Assembly: GCA_020184695.1 (NCBI GenBank)
Contig: JAANOX010000251.1
Coordinates: 62,001-126,000, forward strand
Direction of reading: 5' to 3'
From: Histomonas meleagridis 2922-C6/04-290x
Taxonomy: Eukaryota > Protista > Parabasalia
DNA: 64,000 bases
Positions 1 through 9,697 of the stretch are shown here, one piece after another; positions within the stretch are counted from its first letter, which is position 1; every line of letters begins with the position of its first letter. A model generated the notes under the pieces. It had not been told where the DNA came from. It saw only the letters and a program-made list of their open reading frames with translations, and made no database searches. The translations under genes and the position numbers were made by a program.

Positions 1-977
1 TATAATACTAGTTCAATTGCAGAGTCATCAAATCGTCAACTAAAAAACATATTACCAGATAGAAAATTAAGTTCAAAAGAAGTTCGTTTATTTATTACTG
101 AAAGTCATCAACAATCATTTAATGAAATAAAGTATATTAAACAAGTAAAACCACATAAATTATAAGAACCAAATGTAATCACAATTATGTCAAAATTAAA
201 TGTTTCTAAAGCAATTGCAGAAGCGATCGCAGGATCATGGAAAAACATCAAAAAATTAAAAGGAATGCTTTTTTGTGATGATTATATATTTAATGAAGAA
301 TACACATTAAAAAATGGAGAAAAATATTCTGAGATATTTAAGGTCCATGATTTAATTTGTAATTGCAATAAACAATTACAAGTTGGTATCCCATGTTCAC
401 ATATAATTAATGTTCTAGAAATGAATAATTTAAGCGTAATAGATAATATTAAAATAGCAAACAGATGGGTACTAAATCAGCGAAACTTTATTTATCATCA
501 TGAAGGTTCAAAATATTTTGAAGAAATTATCTATAGAATCACACATTTAAGTCCTCAAGAAAGATTTGTTTTATCTCGGGCAAAGAGAACACCATTATAT
601 ATGAATTGGCAAGTAGAAGTCAGGATAAATACGAAAAAGCTATGGCTTCTTCAGATTCTCTAGAAAAAGAACTAAATAATGAATCAATAGAACAGATTGC
701 TACTGATGAAATAGGAATTAGAGCCGGAAGAGGTAAAATTAATAGAAATACGAAAAAAGTTAATCCACGTCAATGTCTCATCTGTTCAAAGCCGCATAAT
801 ACAAAAAGATGCCCCAGAAGAGGTGAAGTACTTAAATTTGTTCAAGAAGGTGGCTCAATCTTTGGATTAAAGCATTGTTCAATATGTAATCAAACTGGGC
901 ATAATTATAAAAAATGCAAAGCTAGAGAAGCATGGTTAGAAGCTATTCGAAAGGGCGAACTTACTCCAATTGAATAA
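1..977 (+). mobile_element. 3' remnant of a MULE/Mutator-like transposase (SWIM finger plus two CCHC-like knuckles), with a nonsense codon and a frameshift
   Basis: Frame 1 reads TSSIAESSNRQLKNIL (MULE-type NxAESxN motif), then TAA at 163-165, then CNCNKQLQVGIPCSH (SWIM). The 606..977 frame carries CLICSKPHNTKRC and CSICNQTGHNYKKC. No TIR is visible in the window. Confidence 0.7.
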
Positions 978-1164
978 ATTTGTTTTGCTTAATTTTATTT
1001 GTATTGTTTTTATTTTATATGATAATTTTGTTATTTTGTTAGCTTTACATAAATACGTTTATATCAGTACTGATACTTTTTCAAAGAGGGTGCTATTTGT
1101 TTATATGCACCGTGTGCTCTGGAAATGTACCCTTAGTTCAAAATATATAAAAGTGACACATTGA

Positions 1165-4100
1165 ATGGGAAACAGCAAGAGCACAATTGCAAACAAAGAA
1201 AATACAATTACAAATAGTGACAACAAAAATGTAAACAGCAAACACGAGAACGAATGGGAAACAATACAATATATGAAAGATATAATTTTTAATTTAAACA
1301 ATGAAAATATTGTTCAATCTGCAGAATCAATCATTAACAAATTTGATAAAATTTATCCGATTTCTTTTAATTTAATTGTTACTAAAATTATTTATGTAAT
1401 TATGGTTATGCGAATGGATGAAATTGATTTATATTTGAATTTTATCAAAGAAATTCAAAAACTGGAAATGGGATTTAGCACAAAAATAGACATTTTTGAT
1501 ATATATGTACATGATCTTCTTGGTGAAAGAACACAAGAATCATATTATCTTCTGACGAAAATAATTGAAAGCGATTTACTTGATCAAAAAATTATTCAAA
1601 ACACAACGAATTCATATTTTATGCAATATATGTCAGATAAAAATATTAAAAAATTAAAGAAATCATACTGGAATTATGTCGCGAAACATTATGAAGAACT
1701 TTCAAATAATAATTGTGAACTTCATAAGAAGTTAATTAAAGCAGGAGTTAATCCAAAGAAAATCGCAGAAATCATTCGAAATGATGATATCCAAAAACTT
1801 CAAGAAATATCATCACAAACAAATTTTGATTTTAATCAAAAAATTAAACCATCACTTTATGAAAGATGTTCATTTATTAATCGGTATAATGTTACATTAA
1901 TTGATTATGCAGCATTTTTTTCTTCAGTTAAATGTTTTAAATTTTTACTTATGAATGGTGCTAATATTGAAAATTCAGGTAAATATGCAGTTGCTGGTGG
2001 AAATGAAGAAATTATCCATTTATGTGAGCAAAATCATTCATCATTTTATGAAGCATGTGCAACAGCAATTCAACTCCATAAAAATGATATCTTTCATTAT
2101 ATTTATGAAAATAAATTAGAAAAGAATTTATTAAAAAAATTAGGGAAGGTATGTATTTTATATCATAACTATGAAATTTTCGCATTTTTGCAAGAGGAAG
2201 GAATGGAGATTAATAAATCCATTATTAATGAAGCAGCAAAAGTTGGAAATATTTTTCTTGTAATATATTTCCTTAAATCGAATCAAATTCCAAAAAATAT
2301 TTTAGTTTTCGCTTCAGAATCCAGAAATATTGAACTTGTTAAATATGTTTTACAACAAAAAGGAATTGATATTAATGCTAAAGATATTTATTTGTTTTGT
2401 TTAAAATTTATTTTAATAATTTTTTATTCCAAAATAATATTTGGAAATTATTTAAATTATTTTGGACAGCACTTATGAATGCATCTGAAGAAGGTTATAC
2501 AGAAATAGTTCAATTACTTCTTGAACAAGAAGGAATTGATATTAATGCTAAAGATATTTATTCGTTTTATCTAATATTTATTTTAATTATTTCATATTTC
2601 AAAATAATATTTGAAAATTACTTAAATTATTTAATACAGCACTTTTGAGAGCATCTTCAAAAGGATACATAGGAATTGTTAAATTACTTCTTGAACAAGA
2701 AGGAATTGATGTTAATGCTGAAAGTATTAATTTGTTTTATTTGATATTTAATATATTAATTTTATATTTCAAAATAATATTTGGAAAATATTCAAAATAT
2801 TTGAAACAGCACTTATGGAAGCATATGAAAATGGTTATATAGAAATAGTTAAATTACTTCTTAAACACAAAGATATTGATGTTAATGTAAAAGATTTTTA
2901 TTTGTTTTATTCTATATTTGTTTTAATAATTTAACATTTCAAAATAATATTTAAAAATTATTTCAAATATTTGAAACAGCACTTTTGAGAGCATCTTCAG
3001 AAGGAAATATAGAAATTGTTAAATTACTTCTTGAAAATAAAAGAATTGATGTCAATATTAAAGATATTTTCTTGTTTTGTTTAAAATTTATTTTAATAAT
3101 TTTTTATTTCAAAATAATATTTGGAAAATATTCAAAATATTTAAAACAGCACTTATGAATGCATCTGAAGAAGGTTATACAGACATAGTTAAATTACTTA
3201 TTGAACATGAAGGAATTGATATTAATACTAAAGATATTGATTTGTTTTATTTGAAATTTAATTTATTAATTTCTTAATTCAAAATAATATTTGAAACTTA
3301 TATAAATTATTTGAAACAGCACTTATTAAAGCATTTGAAAATGGTTATATAGAAATTGTTAAATTACTTCTTGAAAATAAAAGAATTGATGTCAATATTA
3401 AAGATATTTATCTGTTTTATTTAATATTTATTTTAATAATTTTATTTTTCGAAATAATATTTGGAAATTATTTAAAATATTTAAAACAGCACTTATTTTA
3501 GCATCTCAATGTGGTCATATAGAAATAGTTAAATTACTTCTTGAAAAAGAAGGAATTGATATTAATGCTAAAGATATTTATTTGTTTTATTTAATATTTA
3601 TTTTAATATTTTGAAATTTTAAAATAATATTTGAAAATTATTCAGATTATTTAATACAGCACTTATTTTAGCATCTCAATATGGTCATACAGAAATAGTT
3701 AAATTACTTCTTGAACAAAAAGGTATTGATATTAATGCTAAAGATATTTATTTGTTTTATTTAAAATTTATTTTAATTATTTATTATTTCAAAATAATAT
3801 TTGGAAATTATTTAAATTATTTAGAACAGCACTTATGGAAGCATATGAAAAAGGTTATACAGAAATAGTGAAATTACTTCTTGAACAAAAAGGTATTGAT
3901 ATTAATGCTAAAGATATTTATTTGTTTTATTTAAAATTTATTTTAATAATTTGATATTTCAAAATAATATATGGAAATTATACAAAATATTTAAAACAGC
4001 ACTTATATTAGCATCTGAAAAAGGTTATACAGAAATAGTTAAATTACTTCTTGAACAAGAAGGAATTGATATTAATGCTAAAGATATTTATTCTTTTTAT

Positions 4101-6329
4101 TTGAAATTTATTTTAATTATTTATTATTTCAAAATAATATTTGGAAATTATTTAAATTATTTAGAACAGCACTTATGGAAGCATATGAAAAAGGTTATAT
4201 AGAAATAGTTAAATTACTTCTTAAACACAAAGATATTGATATTAATGCTAAAGATATTTATTTGTTTTATTTGATATTTATTTTAATAATTTTATATTAC
4301 AAAATAATACTTGGAAATTATTTAAATTATTTTGGACAGCACTTATGAATGCATCTGAAAATGGTTTTACAGAAATAGTTCAATTACTTCTTGAACAAAA
4401 AGGTATTGATATTAATGCTAAAGATATTTATTTGTTTTATTTAAAATTTATTTTAATTATTTATTATTTCAAAATAATATTTGGAAATTATTTAAATTAT
4501 TTAGAACAGCACTTATGAATGCATCTGAAAAAGGTTATACAGAAATAGTGAAATTACTTCTTGAACAAGAAGGAATTGATATTAATGCTAAAGATATTTA
4601 TTTGTTTTATTTAAAATTTATTTTAATAATTTGATATTTCAAAATAATATATGGAAATTATACAAAATATTTAAAACAGCACTCATATTAGCATCTGAAA
4701 AAGGTTATACAGAAATAGTTAAATTACTTCTTGAACAAGAAGGAATTGATATTAATGCTAAAGATATTTATTCTTTGAATTTGAAATTTATTTTAATAAT
4801 TTTATATTTCAAAATAATATTTGGAAATTATTTCAATGATTTAAAACAGCAATTTTGCGTGCATCCAATAAAGGTTATGCAGTAATCGTTAAGTTACTAC
4901 TTGAACAAGAAGGAATCGATATTAATGCTAAAGATATTTATTCGCTTGAATTAATATTTATTTTATTGATTTAAAAATTATTGGTAACATTTGGAAATTA
5001 TTCAAAATATTTGACACAGCACTCATTAGGTCATCTTACAAAGGTTATACAGAAATTGTTAAATTACTTTTTGAACAAGAAGGAATTGATGTTAATGTTA
5101 AAAATGTTTTCTTGTATTATTTAAAATTTAATTTATTAAATTCTTATTTTAAAATAATATTTGGAAATTACTTAAATTATTTTATACAGCACTTATTGCA
5201 GCATCTATTAATGACTTTATAAAAACAATTAAATTACTTCTTGAACATGAAGGAATTGATATTAATGCTAAAACTATTTATGCATTTTGTTTAGAATTTA
5301 ATTTATTCAATTAATATTACAAAATAATGTTTGGAAATTATTTAATTTATTTATCACAGCACTTATTGCAGCATCTATTAATGGTTATACAGAATTAGTT
5401 AAATTACTTTTTGAACAAGAGGGAATTGATATCAATGCTAAAACTATTTATGAATTTTATTTAGTATTTAATTTATTAAGTTGATATTTCAAAATAATAT
5501 TTGGAAATTATTTAAATTATTTAAAACAGCAATTGTGTGGGCATCTGAAAATGGTCATACAGAAATTGTTAAATTACTTCTTGAACAAGAAGGAATTGAT
5601 GTTAATGCTAAAACTATTGATTTGTTTTATTTGAAATTTATTATAATAATTTGATATTTCAAAATAATATTTGGAAATTATTTAAATTTTTTGACACAGC
5701 ACTCATTTTGGCATCTGAAAATGGTCATACAGAAATTGTTAAATTACTTCTTGAACAAAAAGGAATTGATGTTAATGCTAAAACTATTGATTTGTTTTAT
5801 TTGAAATTTGTTATAATAATTTGATATTTCTAAATAATATTTGGAAATTATTTAAATTTTTTGACACAGCACTCATTTTGGCATCTCTAGAAGGTCATAC
5901 AGAAATTGTTAAATTACTTCTTGAAAAAGAAGGAATTGATATTAATACTAAAGATATTTGTTTGCTTAATTTAAATTTTAACTCGATAATTTAAAATTTA
6001 TAAATAATTTTTAAAAATCATTTAAATTATCTAGCACAGCAATTATATGGGCATCTTTAGAAGGTCATACAGAAATTGTTAAATTACTTATTGAAAAAGA
6101 AGGAATTGATATTAATGCTGAAAATATTAATTTATTTTTTTTGATACTTATCTTAATAATTTTATGTCTCAAAATAATGTTTGGAAATTATTTCCAATAT
6201 TTAAAACAGCACTTATATATGCATCTGAATATGAGCATACAGAAATCGTTAAATTACTTTGTGAAAATGAATGTAATAATTTTAAAGATATTTATTTAAT
6301 ATACTTAATATTTATTTTAATAATTTTAA
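1165..6329 (+). CDS. DUF3447-like N-terminal domain plus about 24 ankyrin repeats. Each repeat junction is interrupted by four 17-nt inserts. Predicted processed product about 1188 aa.
   Basis: 1165-2385 is open (407 aa, containing YERCSF..LIDYAAFF.SVKCFKFL..KYAVAGGNEEIIHLCEQ). It is followed by 23 stop-free blocks of the type TALxxASxxGxxEIVKLLLEQEGIDINAKD starting at 2466+170k. Removing the 17-mers joins everything in frame up to a TAA at 6327-6329. Confidence 0.85.
2386..6289 (+). repeat. Tandem array of 23 x 170-bp units (90-nt ankyrin core plus 80-nt spacer = 4 x [17-nt insert + codon])
   Basis: The ACAGCA (Thr-Ala) anchor recurs every 170 bp from 2466 to 6206 with no indel. Insert consensus: ATTTATTTGTTTTATTT / ATTTATTTTAATAATTT / ATTTCAAAATAATATTT / AATTATTTAAATTATTT. 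Confidence 0.95.
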
Positions 6330-6499
6330 CCTATATAAACATAATATTTGAATTTTTTTTTTATTTTTTTCAACAGTGTTTATTGCAGAATCTGAAAATT
6401 GTCACCGGAAGTGGGCAATTCTGACCATCGTTTTTCATATCACAGTTCATTATACAGACACAAAAGTGCTGTCAGTTAGTGAATAAACTAAACAATTTA

Positions 6500-7363
6500 G
6501 TTATTAAACAAAAGCCATGTTTAATTTCATTATCTGGTTTCCCATCAATATTCCCAATTGACGCCCAAACACCACCTAAAGCTGCATCATATATTGTATG
6601 GAAAAATCCTTATTTCTTGACTATTATATAATGGTCATGTGAAATTGTGTCGCAATCTTTCTTATATGAATTGAAATCAACGTTTTTACAACAACTCAAT
6701 CAAGATCGTTCGAATTTATATCATTTGCTTATGACTGTGATTACGAAGATTCTAATGATAATATTCGCATCTATAATTTTTCCAACACATGCTCATGCTG
6801 TTATAAATCTTAATTATACTATTGAATGTTTATGGTCAATCGACATCTTAGGTTGCGAAGAAGTCCATGATCTTCTCATCCTAAACTATACACATGATCG
6901 ATATGATGAAATTTTAGAATTTCTCCTAAAAAACTTGGTGACATGGAGGATGAGTGTAAAAATTATTCTCACCATGACTCCTGAAGAACATTACTGGAAA
7001 TGATATTTCACACAAGCATATAATGATTCACTCGAATATATGAAACAAGTTGACTTGTCATATTATAGCTATTTAAAAATATCTAACAATGGTTTGACAC
7101 TTAAAAGCCAGTGGCTCCAACCTAATCATGCTTATAATCAATATCCAGGTTACCACACAATTAACATGGACTATACATCTTCTCTCATGACTAGTGAAGA
7201 GCAAGAACGTATTTCTCGTCAAGAAGTTGATAAAATGTTTGCAACAGGTAATTTTACCGGATATCGTGCTTACAATGATCTACACACCGATTACGAAAAA
7301 TTGGTTGTTATTTGGTGGTGGATTAGTGATAATGTTGAATATGCCGGGATACTACAAAATTGA
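6500..7363 (+). pseudogene. Decayed 5' part of the downstream surface-protein gene
   Basis: Protein-like segments occur in shifting frames. ORFs 6647..7003, 7040..7363 and 7475..9103 share one frame, separated only by TGA at 7001-7003 and 7361-7363. Confidence 0.55.
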
Positions 7364-9103
7364 AATTCAGTCTATACAGCACTCTTCTTACATAAAACTG
7401 TATGCCAAGGCTATTCAGCTATATCAACACTCTTCTTCAACCGCGCAGGCGTTGAAGGCTTTTCTGTAATTGGAGTGACGACGAGTAAACACGCATGGAA
7501 TTGGGTTCATCTTGGCGAAGATTGGTATGCATTCGACAGCACAGATTATCTAGAAGGATTGTTCTTAAAGGGAATCCAAGCTGAATATCATAAGAAAAAT
7601 TATATTTATACAGGTGGTGAATTAGAATGGGGTTTTCCAATGACTGATGTTGACTATAAGTATCGGAAAAGTATTTATATGGAACCTTTTGATAAGCCAA
7701 TATTATATCAAATGGAAGCAAAAGACTCTGGTAGAATCGGATCAAATCTTAAGTGGACATTGAAAAATGGGCTTCTTACAATAAAAGGAAATGGACCAAT
7801 GCGCGATTTTGAAAACGAAACACTTGTTCCGTGGAAGAATTTCTTCGATGATATTACTGATCTTAAGATTGAAGAAGGTGTTACATATATTGGTGCTTAT
7901 GCATTTTATAATGTAAAGCAACTGACATATGAAAAATGCAAAGATAAATTGGGATCAGTTCAATATATTGGAAATAAGGCATTTTCTGATTATGAAGCAA
8001 CCTTTAAAGATAATGCATTAAGGATAATTAATAATTTAAAGTTTTTAGATGAAGAAAATAAATCAAATTACATTACACAAATTTCAAGTGCAAACTCACA
8101 GGAAGATACAGATAATATTGATGCAGAAGCAAAAGCTGCAGCAAATAAAAATGAAGAAGCACAAAAGACATCAGCAAAGAATAAAATTAATAATTTGTTT
8201 TTAGAAGAAGAAAACAAAGCGAATTACATTACACAAATATCAAGTGCAAACACACAAACAGAATTAAATGAAATTGTTTCAAGTGCAGAATCTGCAGCAA
8301 ATGAAAATGAAAAAGCACAAAAGACATCAGCAAAGAATAAAATTAATAATTTGTTTTTAGAAGAAGAAAATAAATCAAATTACATTACACAAATATCAGA
8401 TGCAAAATCACAAGAAGAAATAAATAAAATTGTTTCAGATGCTGAAGCCATGTCAAATAAAAATGAAGAAGCACAAAAGACAACAGCAAAGAATAAAATT
8501 AATGAATTAAAGTTTTTGGAAGAAGAAAACAAAGCGAATTACATTACACAAATATCAAGTGCAAACACACAAATAGAATTAAATGAAATTGTTTCAAGTG
8601 CAGAATCTGCAGCAAACAAAAATGAAGAAGCGCAAAAAACTTCAGCAAAGAATAAAATTGATGAATTAAAGTTTTTGGAAGAAGAAAACACAGCGAATTA
8701 CACAGCACAAATATCAAATGCAAACTCAATTGCAGAATTAAATGAAATTATTGCAAAAGCGCAATCACAAAATGAAGAAATAAAATCAAATAAAAAAGAA
8801 ACAGTTCAAGAAGACATCGGAAAGTTGGAAAATTTGGGCGATTTGCAACAAGAGTATATCGACAAGTTAAACAATGCCACATCAGAACAAGAGTTTAATC
8901 AGATATTACAAGAAGCAATTGCCAAAAACGAGGAAATGAAATCAAATGGAGGAGATGACTCCAAAGGTAACACCAACACAGCAGTGGCCATAGCTGTTCC
9001 TGTTGCTATAGTCGTAATTGCAGTTGTTGTTATTGTCATTGTTCTTGTCGTCAGAAGAAAGAACAACAAAGAGAGCAGTGGTGAAAAAATATATGAACTT
9101 TAA
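7364..9103 (+). CDS. Type I membrane surface protein: transglutaminase-like core, BspA-like LRR segment, GA-module-like helical repeats, TM helix and short tail (5' end disrupted)
   Basis: The frame is open from 7364: VCQGYS (Cys 7403), HAWNWVHLGEDWYAFDST, IEEGVTYIGAYAF, five to six 52-53 aa repeats, then a hydrophobic helix AVAIAVPVAIVVIAVVVIVIVLVV followed by RRK. Confidence 0.75.
   Translation, partial: NSVYTALFLHKTVCQGYSAISTLFFNRAGVEGFSVIGVTTSKHAWNWVHLGEDWYAFDSTDYLEGLFLKGIQAEYHKKNYIYTGGELEWGFPMTDVDYKYRKSIYMEPFDKPILYQMEAKDSGRIGSNLKWTLKNGLLTIKGNGPMRDFENETLVPWKNFFDDITDLKIEEGVTYIGAYAFYNVKQLTYEKCKDKLGSVQYIGNKAFSDYEATFKDNALRIINNLKFLDEENKSNYITQISSANSQEDTDNIDAEAKAAANKNEEAQKTSAKNKINNLFLEEENKANYITQISSANTQTELNEIVSSAESAANENEKAQKTSAKNKINNLFLEEENKSNYITQISDAKSQEEINKIVSDAEAMSNKNEEAQKTTAKNKINELKFLEEENKANYITQISSANTQIELNEIVSSAESAANKNEEAQKTSAKNKIDELKFLEEENTANYTAQISNANSIAELNEIIAKAQSQNEEIKSNKKETVQEDIGKLENLGDLQQEYIDKLNNATSEQEFNQILQEAIAKNEEMKSNGGDDSKGNTNTAVAIAVPVAIVVIAVVVIVIVLVVRRKNNKESSGEKIYEL
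8020..8790 (+). repeat. About five 156-159 bp coding repeats (AKNKINxLxFLEEENKANYITQISSANTQxELNEIVSSAE)
   Basis: aagacatcagca occurs at 8166 and 8322 (period 156). The peptide pattern resembles the three-helix GA (albumin-binding)/FIVAR module. Confidence 0.8.
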
Positions 9104-9259
9104 ATTTGCTGTATTTAACAAACAGATCCGGAATTGCATTTAATAAAACTAAATAAAATCTCTGTATTTTTCAAATCTATTCTATGGTGACAAGAATACT
9201 TTTTCCTTATGAATTAATTCCAAATATATCCAAAAAGAAACGAGAAATGTATAACTTGT

Positions 9260-9560
9260 TAAACATATTTTAGAACAAAAAGGAATTAATATTAATATTA
9301 CTGATATTTGAATAACAATCTGAAAATTCTATATATATAATATATATATTATTTGGAAATTATTTAATTTATATAGCATATAAAAATAATTAAATTACTA
9401 CTCAAACACAAAGACATTGATATTAATACATAAAAGATATATATTTGTTTTATTTAAAATATATTTGGAAATTATTTAAAATATTCTATACAATGCTTAC
9501 AGTAGTAACTGATCGAATTGACACAGAAATAGTTAATATACTTAAAACATTGAAATAAAT
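9260..9560 (+). pseudogene. Decayed ankyrin-array tail with remnant 17-nt inserts
   Basis: LEQKGININ and IKLLLKHKDIDIN cores are present. After GAT (9436-9438) come atatatttgttttattt|aaa ... gga|aattatttaaaatattc|tat|aca atg ctt. Confidence 0.7.
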
Positions 9561-9697
9561 GAAATGTTTTAAATTTTTATGAATCAAATTTAGATGGAAT
9601 TCATCTTAAAGCTTTTTTTAGTATTTGAGAATTTATAAATAAAAACGGTAATTTGCCTTGAAAAATTTTTGTATATTGTTTTAGAATTTTGTTATTT

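Noticed and set aside
560-610. MULE frameshift as a 17-nt insert
   Set aside because: No matching ends; a 2-nt slip in TATATAT is sufficient.
2384-2442. Excision of 53 nt between ATATTT direct repeats leaving IWKLFKLF
   Set aside because: The retained segment has TGA or TAA in several units (e.g. 2612, 2952, 3292), and no consensus Gly results.
2394-2469. One canonical intron per unit (GT in ttGTttt to AG in acAG)
   Set aside because: The join is out of frame and deletes the Thr. The GT is absent in several units (e.g. 4086, 4766, 5276), and the AG is absent where the codons are ACT/ACG GCA or ACA CCA.
2384-2469. 86-nt AT..AG intron giving K-A-L
   Set aside because: It is in frame but removes the whole DxxGxT hairpin, depends on a non-conserved AG, and does not explain the 17+3 periodicity or the 63-nt variants.
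3930-3940. -1 ribosomal frameshift at the slippery T TTA AAA
   Set aside because: The heptamer is missing in most units, and spacers 2896, 3236 and 3576 have stops in both frames.
2386-6289. CRISPR-like repeat-spacer array
   Set aside because: The periodic units are ankyrin-coding. There are no short constant repeats with unique spacers and no cas genes, and the context is eukaryotic.
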